Sequence record: NC_031927.1
Length of the DNA stretch: 64,000 bases
Direction: 5' to 3' (one strand)
The notes under the pieces are model-generated. The model saw only the letters and a list, made by a program, of their open reading frames with translations, did not search any database and was not told the origin of the DNA. Shown piece after piece: positions 1 through 10,147 of the stretch (position 1 is the stretch's first letter; every line of letters begins with the position of its first letter). A program made the translations under genes and the position numbers.

Positions 1-942
1 ATGTCATTCAAAGATCTAAAGAAGCAATCATCTCTCGGCGCTCTTACCCAGAAGCTCGTCAAGGAAGTAGAGAAGATGAATACAGCTGGCTCAAGCGGTG
101 ATGACCGCTACTGGAAGCTAGAATGTGATAAAGCCCAAAACGGTTATGCTGTGATCCGTTTCCTTCCACAGCCCGAAGGTGAAGATATGCCTTTCGTCAA
201 GATGTATTCCCACGCATTTCAAGGTAAAGGTGGCTGGTATATTGAGAACAGCTTGACTACACTAGGTCAGAAAGACCCCTTGTCTGAGTTCAACTCTGAG
301 CTTTGGAACAATGGTACTGATGCTGGTAAAGAGCAAGCACGTAAGCAAAAGCGTAAGCTCACATATATTGCTAACATTATGGTCGTCAAAGACCCAGCAA
401 ACCCCCAGAACGAAGGTGGAGTATTCCTCTACAAGTTCGGTAAGAAAATCTTCGACAAGCTTATGTCTGCTATGCAGCCTGAGTTTGAAGATGAAGAAGC
501 AATCAACCCATTCGACTTCTGGGAAGGCGCTAACTTCAAGCTCAAGGCAAAGAATGTAGCTGGCTACCGCAACTATGACTCTTCTGAGTTTGCGAAGGTA
601 GAAGCTCTTCTAGGTGGTGATGACGAAGCACTTGAAGGACTATACAATAAGTTGAACTCACTATCCGAGCTTGTTGCTCCAGATCAGTTCAAAGAGTATG
701 AAGTTCTTAAGAAGCGTCTCAATCAAGTCCTAGGCTTAGGTGCTCCTAGCAGCCGTCCAGCTGCCCAAGAGGATTCTGGTGATGAGGACATTGAAGAGCA
801 GCTACGGTCCGCTAGACCTGCCTTTAAGAAGGAAGTAGCAGCCTACTCTGAGCCAGAACTACCATCAACAGCAACGCCAGAGCCTGCCTCTAGTGAAGAT
901 GATGATGCCCTCAGCTGGTTCCAGTCACTTTCTGAAGATTGA
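1..942 (+). CDS. gp32: T4-like single-stranded DNA-binding protein
   Basis: MSFKDLKKQSSLG..L start, GYAVIRFLP, WYIENSLTTLGQKDP, FLYKFGKKIFDK, NPFDFWEGANFKLK, RNYDSSEF and acidic C-terminal tail are typical of gp32. Confidence 0.97.
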   Translation: MSFKDLKKQSSLGALTQKLVKEVEKMNTAGSSGDDRYWKLECDKAQNGYAVIRFLPQPEGEDMPFVKMYSHAFQGKGGWYIENSLTTLGQKDPLSEFNSELWNNGTDAGKEQARKQKRKLTYIANIMVVKDPANPQNEGGVFLYKFGKKIFDKLMSAMQPEFEDEEAINPFDFWEGANFKLKAKNVAGYRNYDSSEFAKVEALLGGDDEALEGLYNKLNSLSELVAPDQFKEYEVLKKRLNQVLGLGAPSSRPAAQEDSGDEDIEEQLRSARPAFKKEVAAYSEPELPSTATPEPASSEDDDALSWFQSLSED

Positions 943-1311
943 TTAACTCTGATACAACTGCATCAGTGGTAAAGTCAAAGCAGCCTGAACTTCATTAGGC
1001 TTTAACATATACAGAGGCGTAGTATTGTTCCCAGTACTATAGTTCCTCTGTTTTTTTATGTGTAAATTTATTCCAGTCCAGCCCCACTCATAGACCCCCA
1101 ATACCTGCACAATAGGATACATATCCGTCAAGAAGTCTGGTTTCTCTGCAATGTAAGTATAGACATAAACCTTACCAGGAATAGGCATAGGAGCGATACT
1201 ATCAGAAAGAACCGCTTCTAGTTCTTTCATAATATCTTCAGAGTTTTCAGTACCAATAAGTTTGTCTAACAGAGGTCTAACTCTGTTGTTGCTCTTTTTC
1301 TTTTTAGCCAT
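943..1311 (-). CDS. Short gp2-like DNA end protector homologue (cyanophage type)
   Basis: PGKVYVYTY, D.YP...V, W.GINLH pattern; lies next to gp4 as in T4-like phages. Confidence 0.55.
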   Translation of the reverse strand: MAKKKKSNNRVRPLLDKLIGTENSEDIMKELEAVLSDSIAPMPIPGKVYVYTYIAEKPDFLTDMYPIVQVLGVYEWGWTGINLHIKKQRNYSTGNNTTPLYMLKPNEVQAALTLPLMQLYQS

Positions 1312-1742
1312 TAGACCCCTAGCTCCTTTTCAGTCATAATTTTGAACTCCCACCCCTGATCCAGGCAAAACTCCTTAGCAGCTGCCCATTTAGCCTGATT
1401 CTGAGAGAACATAGCCTCTGCTAGGAGAGTATTTTTAGTTCTCCTCTTGTATTTGGGTGGTTGAGTCTCCTTATATGGCTTAACTTCAATTAATATCTTT
1501 TCCCTCTTATCATCCTTATTAATTGCTTCCATATAAAAGTCTGGGTAATACTTAGCCATCCTTTTTTTGACAGGATTGTAATATGGGATTACAATTTCTT
1601 CTGATGCCCACTTAATTATTTTACTGTTAGTATCACAATAACGCATAAGTTTGCGCTCCCATAACGACCTATAAACAATCATATTGGGATTACCAATATA
1701 TTTCTTGGGATTCTCTGGTTTATAGATTCCTTTATAGGACAT
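1311..1742 (-). CDS. gp4: Head completion nuclease
   Basis: YKGIYKPENPKKYIG, YRSLWERKLM, WASEEIVIPY, YYPDF, IEVKP, NQAKWAAA, FKIMTEKEL. Confidence 0.95.
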   Translation of the reverse strand: MSYKGIYKPENPKKYIGNPNMIVYRSLWERKLMRYCDTNSKIIKWASEEIVIPYYNPVKKRMAKYYPDFYMEAINKDDKREKILIEVKPYKETQPPKYKRRTKNTLLAEAMFSQNQAKWAAAKEFCLDQGWEFKIMTEKELGV

Positions 1743-1747
1743 AAATA
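1740..1747 (+). promoter_or_regulatory. T4-type late promoter (CATAAATA)
   Basis: Upstream of 1774; similar (C)TAAATA motifs at 2517, 4126, 8796, 12877, 20606 precede other structural genes. Confidence 0.7.
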
Positions 1748-1773
1748 GAGTAGGTAGTTCAATAGTATTTAGT

Positions 1774-2520
1774 GTGCCTAGAGTATTAACGCTAGAAGAT
1801 GTAAAACCACTACTTGGTAATTTGTCAAGGTCAAATTACTATCAGGTGCAGTTTGGTGGATTATCACCTGCATTGCTTGGAGCACTATCTGCAAGGGGCG
1901 TGGATCCATTTTTTGTATCTAATGATTCTGGGTTGCTTTGCTATCAAGCACAGCTTCCAGGATCTTCATTAGCTAGAACAGAATCTACAAACTTTACTGG
2001 TATTACAGAAAACTTTGCCCATAGGAAAGTATTTACTCCATTGAGCTTAGACTTTTATTGTGATGATAGATATAGATCTCTAAAGTTCTTAGAGCACTGG
2101 ATGGAATATGCCGTCAGTGGTAATGGGCTTAGTGGATATGCTGATAGTAACTACACATATAGGATGCAATATCCTAACGATCCTCTAACTGGGTATAAGT
2201 GTAGTGGTTCTAAAATATATAAATTTGAAGCTAATGTGAGTAGGATTATTGAATACTCTTTTATTGGATTATTCCCAATTAATCTATCATCAACTCAAGT
2301 TAGATATGGCGCAGATGGTGAACTCACCAGAGTCAGTTGTCAGTTTGGATATACGAGATATATTGCTGGATCTGTATTGTCTATAGATGAGGCTAGAGGT
2401 TTCTCAAATAATTTGCAGTCTGGTCTAACTAATATTACGGGCAACATTAATACCGTAATAGATACTGTAGATAGGCTCAGAGGAACAGCTGCAAACGTAT
2501 TGGACCTATTCACCAACTAA
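1774..2520 (+). CDS. Tail tube/baseplate tube initiator (gp19/gp54 fold)
   Basis: LCYQAQLPG, LSLDFY, FLEHWM, LFPINLS, F.Y pattern of gp19/gp54-like proteins; GTG start after a late promoter; precedes gp48. Confidence 0.75.
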   Translation: MPRVLTLEDVKPLLGNLSRSNYYQVQFGGLSPALLGALSARGVDPFFVSNDSGLLCYQAQLPGSSLARTESTNFTGITENFAHRKVFTPLSLDFYCDDRYRSLKFLEHWMEYAVSGNGLSGYADSNYTYRMQYPNDPLTGYKCSGSKIYKFEANVSRIIEYSFIGLFPINLSSTQVRYGADGELTRVSCQFGYTRYIAGSVLSIDEARGFSNNLQSGLTNITGNINTVIDTVDRLRGTAANVLDLFTN

Positions 2521-2528
2521 ATATCACT

Positions 2529-3467
2529 ATGGCTAAATCATCCCCCAAACCAAGCTTACAATACCCCACCAATATTGCTAATGGCAATAATGACTACTTT
2601 CATTTGCAAATTTTTGAATATAAACCACTGGGTCTTGGTGGGGGTGGTGATAATTTATTTGATGTTTCGTCAAGTCAAGCTCAAAGACCTAAAGTAGATA
2701 AAGAAACTAGTGGTGATAACCAGTCATACTTAGGGCAAATTATATTACCTATGCCAGACAACATTGGTGATAATAACTCAGTTTCTTGGGACACTGATAC
2801 ATTAAACTCATTGACCATTGCCGGTGCAGGTACGCTCAGTGATGCTATATCAAAATTAAATTTTAATAATCCTGATCCAGGAGGGGCTTTAGATACAGTA
2901 AAAGATGGTGCATCCAAATTTTTAGATGCACTAAAAGATATTGATGTAAGAGGTACTTTAAAAAATACGTTAATAACTAGTGCCATAACTGGGGGAAATG
3001 TTGATCCAAACTCAATAGTTAGTAGAACAACTGGACAAGTATTAAACCCAAACTTGGAGCTTCTATTTAAGGGAGTTATTTTGAGACAGTTTAACTATAG
3101 CTTTACACTAACACCAAGAACCAGTGAAGAGGGAACTCAGATTAAGGGTATCATAAATACTCTTAAGAAAAGAATGTCAGCAAAAAATACCACAGGTGCT
3201 GCTGCTGGTATATTCATTAAGGCACCTGATGTGTTCCAGCCAAGATTCATGCAAGGTCAAAAACTACATCCATTTTTATATAGTATAAGGCAGTGTGCTT
3301 TAGTGTCTATGAATGTTAATTATGATGGTGCAGGAATATATGCAACATATGGAGACGGCACACCAGTTAAAATGACTTTACAGATGTCATTTAGAGAATT
3401 GAGTCCATTATACTCTGAAGACTATAAAGATGGTTTACCTGGTCCAGATGAAGGAGTTGGATTCTAA
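2529..3467 (+). CDS. gp48: Baseplate tail tube cap
   Basis: LQYP start, IILPMP.NI.D.NSVSW, NPNLELLFKGV.LRQF.YSF.LTPR, CAL.SM.VNY, L.F.EL.P. Confidence 0.9.
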   Translation: MAKSSPKPSLQYPTNIANGNNDYFHLQIFEYKPLGLGGGGDNLFDVSSSQAQRPKVDKETSGDNQSYLGQIILPMPDNIGDNNSVSWDTDTLNSLTIAGAGTLSDAISKLNFNNPDPGGALDTVKDGASKFLDALKDIDVRGTLKNTLITSAITGGNVDPNSIVSRTTGQVLNPNLELLFKGVILRQFNYSFTLTPRTSEEGTQIKGIINTLKKRMSAKNTTGAAAGIFIKAPDVFQPRFMQGQKLHPFLYSIRQCALVSMNVNYDGAGIYATYGDGTPVKMTLQMSFRELSPLYSEDYKDGLPGPDEGVGF

Positions 3468-4117
3468 TGACTTATTTCAGACAGCTACCGAATATTGAAT
3501 ATCAAAACTTCCTAAATGATCGCACAGGATCACAGGATTACATTTTGATGAAGAATATTTTCCTTAGGGGAAAATTGAGAGAAGACCTAGAAAGTAATTT
3601 TACAGTATTTCAGAAGTATAGTATTAAAGGTGATGAAAGACCTGATGAGATTGCCTATGATATATACGGATCATCCCAATATGACTGGGTTGTTCTAATT
3701 ACTGCTAGGATCATTACTTATCAAAATGACTACCCATTAACGAGTCAAGAACTCTATGACTATACCTTAAATAAGTATGGTGTTGAGGGGATGAATGCTA
3801 TCAATCACTATGAGAGCGTTGAGGTTAGAGATAGATTGGATAGGTTGGTATATCCAGCAGGTATCGTTGTAGCTAAAGATTTTACTATACCCAATCCAGA
3901 TACCCCAACATCATTTATCAGCCCTGTAGTTGGGGTTAGTAACTTTGAATATGAGACAAATAAGAATGATAGAAAGCGTAATATAACTATTCTAAGACCT
4001 CTATACTTAAATCAATTCTTGAATGATATGAGAGAAATCTCTAAGTATGGATTTAACTCAGAATATGTTAATTCAACTACGATTAGAGCGGAGAATAGCA
4101 AGACTAAGAGCCCCTAA
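3467..4117 (+). CDS. gp53: Baseplate wedge subunit
   Basis: YFRQLPNIEY, Y.IKGDERPDEIAY..YG...YDWVVL LysM-like motif, KYG...INHYE. Confidence 0.92.
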   Translation: MTYFRQLPNIEYQNFLNDRTGSQDYILMKNIFLRGKLREDLESNFTVFQKYSIKGDERPDEIAYDIYGSSQYDWVVLITARIITYQNDYPLTSQELYDYTLNKYGVEGMNAINHYESVEVRDRLDRLVYPAGIVVAKDFTIPNPDTPTSFISPVVGVSNFEYETNKNDRKRNITILRPLYLNQFLNDMREISKYGFNSEYVNSTTIRAENSKTKSP

Positions 4118-4159
4118 TTAGCCGTCTAAATAACTATAGCATTCTACAAATTCTTTATT

Positions 4160-4870
4160 ATGGCGCTTCCTAAGATTGCCAAAGTGACTCACGAGACTAT
4201 TATTCCCTCAACTGGGAAGAAGATTAAGTTTCGTCCGTTTCTTGTGAAAGAGGAAAAGGTACTTATTTTAGCTCGCGAGTCTAACGACCAAAACGAGATG
4301 GTTAAGGGTATCATTGATGTAATCAATGCTTGCGTTATGACGAAAGGATTTTCTACTGAAAATCTATCCACTTTTGATATTGAATATATTTTCCTTAGTA
4401 TTAGGGGTAAATCTATTGGGGAAGATGTTGAAGTTGTTGTTACTTGCCCTGATGATGGAGTGACTAGAGTCAATCATACCATTTTCTTGGATGAGGTAAA
4501 AGTCATCTTTGATGATGAACACTCAATGCAAGTTAAGATTGATGATACTTATTCTGTTCTGATGAAGTATCCTAGTATTGAATCTGTTATGGCTGCTGAT
4601 TCTGAGAATGTGAGTGTTACTGATAGTCTAGAGCTTATTGCATCTTGCATAGATCAGATTTATTCTGAGGAGGACTCCTGGTCTTCTAGTGATAGTACTA
4701 CAGCAGAATTGGTCGAATGGGTTGAAGAACTCGAACCAAAGCAATTTGAGGGAATTGAGAAGTTCTTTACTACAATGCCCAAACTAAGTCATACCATTCA
4801 GGTTACTAACCCAGAAACTAAGGTGACTAGTGATGTTGTACTTGAGGGGCTAGGATCTTTTTTCGCGTAA
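4160..4870 (+). CDS. gp26: Baseplate hub subunit
   Basis: MALPKI, IKFRPFLVKEEKVL, FDIEYIFL.IRGKSIGE, CPDD, MKYPS, FF.TMPKL. Confidence 0.92.
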   Translation: MALPKIAKVTHETIIPSTGKKIKFRPFLVKEEKVLILARESNDQNEMVKGIIDVINACVMTKGFSTENLSTFDIEYIFLSIRGKSIGEDVEVVVTCPDDGVTRVNHTIFLDEVKVIFDDEHSMQVKIDDTYSVLMKYPSIESVMAADSENVSVTDSLELIASCIDQIYSEEDSWSSSDSTTAELVEWVEELEPKQFEGIEKFFTTMPKLSHTIQVTNPETKVTSDVVLEGLGSFFA

Positions 4871-4872
4871 GT

Positions 4873-5052
4873 ATGGCTCACGAAGACCTTGAGTCATACT
4901 ATAAAACAAACTTTGCTCTAATACAACATCATAAATACAGTTTAAGTGATATTGAAAATCTTATCCCTTGGGAAAGAGATATATACATTACACTACTTAA
5001 AAACTGGATTGAAGAAGAAGAGCAACGCATAGCACAACAACAGCAGCGCTAA
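4873..5052 (+). CDS. gp51: Baseplate hub assembly catalyst (59 aa, not in ORF track)
   Basis: Manual translation MAHEDLESYYKTNFALIQHHKYSLSDIENLIPWERDIYITLLKNWIEEEEQR matches gp51; follows gp26. Confidence 0.9.
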   Translation: MAHEDLESYYKTNFALIQHHKYSLSDIENLIPWERDIYITLLKNWIEEEEQRIAQQQQR

Positions 5053-6899
5053 TGAACTTATTTGGAGCCGCCACTACGGGAGTTGATCCACAAACTGGAA
5101 AATACCTCTCCAAAGAACAAAGAGTCGCAATGTTCCGCGCATCTAGGGGACAGGGTGGCGGAACAGCTGGTGGCGGAAACAATTCTGCTGGGTCTCAAGT
5201 AACTCCAAAGACTGCTATTGTTGTAGCTAATAAGTTTTCTGAAATTACACAGACACTTAGTAATAACTATCAGACTGCTAGTGCTGGTGTTGCAGAGCAG
5301 GTTGCCGAAAATAGGGCACGTATTGAAAATCTTTATCGTATTGTATATGATAGAAGAAAAGAAGATTTAAAAAGAGAGAAGCAAGAAACTAGAAATACTT
5401 TAATTGGAGCTGAGAGGAGTAAGAGAGGACTTAAGGAGGGATTTGTAGAAGGTATCTCTTCCGCAGCAGCTGCAGCAGTAGCACCATTACAGAAAGCAGC
5501 AGCGGCAGTACAGAAGCCCATTATGTCCCTATGGGATAAAATAAGGAATGCTCTACTGTTATTGACTGCAGCTTGGGTTATTGATAATCTACCTGCAATC
5601 CTGAAGAAGTTTGATGAATTTTTTGGTAGTATAAAGAGCTTAAAGAATACATTGACAAAAGCTCTGGTTAATATCAGAGGTGTATTTGGTATATTTGATG
5701 GTATTATTAGGGGTATAGTACGTGGAATTGGTGCAGTAATTAAAACTGCTTATAGAGTTGGTAAGACTATCTTCCAGTCAGCATTTCGTTTAGGAAGAGC
5801 AGTATTTAATGCTATTAAAAAGGTAGTTGAGACCGTAGTTAGGACTATTTTTAAGGGTATTCGTGCTTTAGTTGGTGGTATAGGCAATGCTTATCGTGCC
5901 GCTAGGGGATTATTACCAGGTGGAAATAAGCCAACAACCCCAAAACTACCAGATAAACAGCCTAAAAATGTCTTCCAAAGGTTGTGGGGTAAGGTTACTA
6001 AAGCTGCTACAGGACTAAAAGAATTTGCTGGAAATCAATACGGCAAACTGAAAGAGGGTGCTGATAAATTTATGACGGGATTTAGTAATCTACGCTCCAA
6101 GGCAATGGAGAAACTGAATCCCATACAAGCTCAAGCTACAAAAGATGGTATTGAAAAGGGTACCACTGCAAGTAGGGAAAAGGGTGTAAAGAGTCTTCTT
6201 ACACGTATCCTTGAGAAGGCAGGCATCAAGGGTGGTAAGGGGTTGATGAATAATCCTGTACTCAAAAAATTATTAAAACTACCTGGAATTGGTATTGCTA
6301 TTGATGTAATTCTCAATAAAGCAGGTGGGCAAGGGGTAGCAGAGTCCCTAATCAGAGGATTCTCTTCTGGTATTGCTGGTATGGTTGGTGCGAAGGCAGG
6401 TGCGGCTGTTGGTGCTGGTGTCGGTACAATAGCAATTCCTATTCCTGGAATCGGTACGGCTGTTGGTGGTATTTTGGGTGGTATTATAGGATCTATATTA
6501 GCAGCAAACACGGCTGATTCTCTCGCTAAAGCAGGTATGGAGAGTGTTGGGATGGAAACCACATCTGATGCCCAGATGAGGGAGAATTATGAGCCAGTTG
6601 TAGAGTCTGTAATTGGTAGTAATAAGTCCAGTACCGCAGGACAGCCTAGTCCTGCTGCAGCCATCACTCCAAGCACTCCAAGCACACCAGATGGTATGCA
6701 AGTTCCCGAAGGCTCTAATACTACAAATAATGTTACTGTTGAGCAAATGCCCCCTATTATGGAAAATATAGAGAGAGAAAAGAAGGAAGTTATACCTGAA
6801 CAACCAGTTCCTACAATCTCTACTAGAGACCCTCAGACAGATCTTTATAGAGCTATGGCTAGTAAGAGCTATCAGCTTAATTTGGCGGGTACATTCTAA
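5052..6899 (+). CDS. Tape-measure/baseplate hub (gp29-like) protein
   Basis: Long amphipathic, basic helical segments and a glycine-zipper hydrophobic stretch (GAKAGAAVGAGVG...GGILGGIIG); position after gp51. Confidence 0.6.
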   Translation: MNLFGAATTGVDPQTGKYLSKEQRVAMFRASRGQGGGTAGGGNNSAGSQVTPKTAIVVANKFSEITQTLSNNYQTASAGVAEQVAENRARIENLYRIVYDRRKEDLKREKQETRNTLIGAERSKRGLKEGFVEGISSAAAAAVAPLQKAAAAVQKPIMSLWDKIRNALLLLTAAWVIDNLPAILKKFDEFFGSIKSLKNTLTKALVNIRGVFGIFDGIIRGIVRGIGAVIKTAYRVGKTIFQSAFRLGRAVFNAIKKVVETVVRTIFKGIRALVGGIGNAYRAARGLLPGGNKPTTPKLPDKQPKNVFQRLWGKVTKAATGLKEFAGNQYGKLKEGADKFMTGFSNLRSKAMEKLNPIQAQATKDGIEKGTTASREKGVKSLLTRILEKAGIKGGKGLMNNPVLKKLLKLPGIGIAIDVILNKAGGQGVAESLIRGFSSGIAGMVGAKAGAAVGAGVGTIAIPIPGIGTAVGGILGGIIGSILAANTADSLAKAGMESVGMETTSDAQMRENYEPVVESVIGSNKSSTAGQPSPAAAITPSTPSTPDGMQVPEGSNTTNNVTVEQMPPIMENIEREKKEVIPEQPVPTISTRDPQTDLYRAMASKSYQLNLAGTF

Positions 6900-8797
6900 T
6901 GGCTATACCACTTATTGCTGCTAAATCACTTAATATTGCTAAAACTCTTATTGCATCTAGTAAGAATGTAGCTAAAGGTGTATATTCTACAGCAGCTTCT
7001 ACGGTAAACAGAACCGGCGAGAAGATTAAATCAACCAATGCAAAAATTACTGCAGAGAAAAAGAAGCAGGCAGATATTAATAGAAAAAAATCTGAGAATG
7101 AATCTCGCGCAGCAAAAGAGAATAATGCAGAAAATACCAATAAGAAAAAGGGTGCCGTTCTTAGCTTAGTTGGTGTTGTTAAAAAATCTATAATGGGGTT
7201 TTGGAAAATAATTGGTGCTTGGCTTCTAGACAACTTGCCTAGAATTATTGAGGAAGTGCGAAAGTTTGTGAAAAAGATTAGGATTGTTGGTGCTGCTATT
7301 AAGAGAGCTGTTACTCTCGTGGGTAGTGTATTTTCTTCTATTGGTAAGATTGCTAAAGCTGTCGTAAAAAATATCCTAAACTTTGATTTTACTGATAAGT
7401 CGGGCGATATTAGAGAAGCTAGAGAAGAACTTGACGCCAGTGTCGATGGTATTGGATCATCTATAAGCGAGATTGGTACTGTTTGGGGTAGGGAAGAGGA
7501 TGAGTTGGATTATATTTTGACCCAATTAACAAGTAATCAAAATCTTGAAAATATTCGTAAGAACATTCTTAGTGAGTTCCCCGAAGTCGAGAAAGGGACT
7601 AGTGCCGTTGGTGATGGTTCTTCTCCTTCTTCTGGTGGTGGATCCTCTAGGGGTGATGCACTATTCGATTTAATTGGTAGTGGTGAGGGTGATTACAACT
7701 CAGTCAATAGGGGTAATGCTGGAGATACTCCAGGTGGTGCCGAGGCTATTTTTGGGAAACCACTTACAGAGATGACTGTAGGTCAAGTTGCTAGTGCTCA
7801 ACAGAGTGGTCAAGTATTTGCTGTAGGAAAATATCAGATTATCCCAGACACTATGGTGGAATTTTTAAGGAATAGTCCTGACATAAAACCCACTGATAAA
7901 TTTGATTCAAGAACACAGGAGAAGTTTAAGGAGTATGTTATTAATGTAAAGAGACCTGCTATTGGTAAGTATCTTCGTGGTGAAAGTGATGATAGAGATG
8001 CTGCAGCACAGGCAGTTGCTAGGGAGTTTGCTTCCGTTGGTCTAACTAAGGCTGAAGCTGGTAGAGGTCGTGGTCAATCTCGCTATGCAGGTACTGGTAA
8101 TAATGCAGCTTCTATCAGTCCAGACCAGGTTGCTTCTGCATTGGATGCTGATAGATCTGCAACTCTATCTCCACCTCAACCACAGGCTCCCCAACCAGCT
8201 AATGGGCAGACTCCTGCTCCAGGTAAACAAAATGCTGCATTAGCATCTAGTGCGGGTAGACTCAATAAGAGTAGACTTGATACTAGTAGATTTGGTCGTA
8301 ATGGGTGCGTATTTGCAGTAAATCAGGCATATAAAGCAGCTGGTATGACACCTCCTTGGGGAACTACTAACTATGTCCCCGATGCTAGAGCTATGATGAT
8401 TAAAAAGGGATATGTTCAAGTTGGCGTTAAGAATGCTCAACCTGGTGATATTGTTATTATGGCTGATAGAGGATCTCCTCCGTGGGTCCATATTGGCATT
8501 GTTTCAAATTCGGGCACAGTACTACACAATTCATCAACAAATCAGGCATTTACTAACAATGAATCATTTTCAAGTCTTATGAGAAGGTATGTTAAAATTG
8601 AAGTTTATAGAGCACCTTCAGTAATATCTAGAGAATCATCTAATGTAAGCAATGCTGTTAATGGTTCTAAGAATGGAAAAAATAACGTGAAGGCATTGAA
8701 TGATAGTATGACTATTGCTTCAAGAAGAACTGGCGGAACTCAAGTAGTTAATAACACAGTCGTCTTGAAGCAGGATCGTGTTGTTATGGTGAGCTAA
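6899..8797 (+). CDS. Tail-associated protein with lysozyme-like and NlpC/P60-like domains
   Basis: GEGDYNSVN...AVGKYQIIPDT...FD..TQE lysozyme-like block; C-terminal GCVFAV...PGDIVI...HIGIV Cys/His pattern. Confidence 0.7.
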   Translation: MAIPLIAAKSLNIAKTLIASSKNVAKGVYSTAASTVNRTGEKIKSTNAKITAEKKKQADINRKKSENESRAAKENNAENTNKKKGAVLSLVGVVKKSIMGFWKIIGAWLLDNLPRIIEEVRKFVKKIRIVGAAIKRAVTLVGSVFSSIGKIAKAVVKNILNFDFTDKSGDIREAREELDASVDGIGSSISEIGTVWGREEDELDYILTQLTSNQNLENIRKNILSEFPEVEKGTSAVGDGSSPSSGGGSSRGDALFDLIGSGEGDYNSVNRGNAGDTPGGAEAIFGKPLTEMTVGQVASAQQSGQVFAVGKYQIIPDTMVEFLRNSPDIKPTDKFDSRTQEKFKEYVINVKRPAIGKYLRGESDDRDAAAQAVAREFASVGLTKAEAGRGRGQSRYAGTGNNAASISPDQVASALDADRSATLSPPQPQAPQPANGQTPAPGKQNAALASSAGRLNKSRLDTSRFGRNGCVFAVNQAYKAAGMTPPWGTTNYVPDARAMMIKKGYVQVGVKNAQPGDIVIMADRGSPPWVHIGIVSNSGTVLHNSSTNQAFTNNESFSSLMRRYVKIEVYRAPSVISRESSNVSNAVNGSKNGKNNVKALNDSMTIASRRTGGTQVVNNTVVLKQDRVVMVS

Positions 8798-8825
8798 TAA
8801 ATAGTAGTGGTGAAACTGTATTGTA

Positions 8826-10145
8826 ATGTCAACTAAGCCATCACTGTATAAAATACTTACTATTAAGAAGGGTGATAGAGATGCTGACTTTAGATTAGCT
8901 GCTGTATCAATCGATTTTTATGAGGACATTATGTGTCCGACAGTTTCGTGTACCATACAAATTGCAAACTCCGGTGGGGTTATCAAGAGTGAAGAGACGG
9001 GGGAGAAAGTTTCTCTTTACGAAGGTATGAAAATTCGTAGTGGAGAAGAGGTTCAAATTTTAATTGCTGCCAACTCACCTACAAATGAAGATCTTGATTA
9101 TTCCACTACCAAACCTCTATATGTAAATCGTATAAGTGGTTTAATTAGAGATGATAACTCTGAGTTTTTTAAGATGCATCTCATATCTAGAGAAGCATAC
9201 GATAATGAGGTAACTTTTTTAGAAAAACAATATCCAGAAGGTGTACCTGCCAGCAACCACGTAACAGATATTTTGAATGATAGTTTTATTTTTCCTAGTG
9301 AGAATGATATAGAACAAACGACCAATGAATTTGGCTTTTGGGGTAATCAAATGAAACCATTTGATGCCTTGTTAAAAATTGCTAGCAAGTCTACTTCTGG
9401 TGTTGGTTTAAATGAGAGTGCTGGGTTTTTCTTCTACCAGACTAGGAGGGGCTTCTCATTTAAGTCTATTGATACCTTAGTGTCTCAGTCTGTTAATGTT
9501 CCTAAGTATGTTTACACACAATATAATGTAAATTCTGTGGATTTTAAGCCCGTTGGTGATTTAGAGTCTCTGGATTATAAAATAACTTCATTTGTTATTA
9601 ATGAGACGGGAAATATGATTGCAGATTTAAGGAAGGGCACTTTTTCATCATCGAGGAGAATATTTGATCCATTAACATTTAATATTCAAGTTGATGATAA
9701 TTTTACCGGTAATGATTACTCAAGAGTAAAGACATTAGGTGAAGCATTTTCTGAAGGGCAGGACACTTCTATTGGTGGTGTTGATTTATCCAAATTTCCA
9801 TCACAAATTATTATGGATACTAGGGATATTGGGACAGCTAATGCTGGTGTTAGTAGAAAAGATAACCAAGATCCAAAATTGTTTGTATCACAAAGAAAGA
9901 TGCGATACAACACACTCTTTAGCCAATCCATCACTATTCAAGTACCACTAAACACCCGATTACACGCTGGTGATTTAGTTGAATGTGTTTTTCCTAGTAT
10001 TGGAGACTCTGAAGTAACACAGCCAGATAGGACCCAAATAAGTGGTATATATATGATAAAGGAACTATGTCATCACTATGATACACAAGCTTCCTACACA
10101 TCTATGATGTTAATTAGAGACACCTTTGGTGAAAGACAAAAGTAA
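8826..10145 (+). CDS. Baseplate hub protein (gp27-like)
   Basis: IDFYEDI..PTVS, GFFFYQTRRGFSFKSID, VPLNTRLHAGD.V, SG.YMIKELCH; directly upstream of gp5. Confidence 0.7.
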   Translation: MSTKPSLYKILTIKKGDRDADFRLAAVSIDFYEDIMCPTVSCTIQIANSGGVIKSEETGEKVSLYEGMKIRSGEEVQILIAANSPTNEDLDYSTTKPLYVNRISGLIRDDNSEFFKMHLISREAYDNEVTFLEKQYPEGVPASNHVTDILNDSFIFPSENDIEQTTNEFGFWGNQMKPFDALLKIASKSTSGVGLNESAGFFFYQTRRGFSFKSIDTLVSQSVNVPKYVYTQYNVNSVDFKPVGDLESLDYKITSFVINETGNMIADLRKGTFSSSRRIFDPLTFNIQVDDNFTGNDYSRVKTLGEAFSEGQDTSIGGVDLSKFPSQIIMDTRDIGTANAGVSRKDNQDPKLFVSQRKMRYNTLFSQSITIQVPLNTRLHAGDLVECVFPSIGDSEVTQPDRTQISGIYMIKELCHHYDTQASYTSMMLIRDTFGERQK

Positions 10146-10147
10146 TT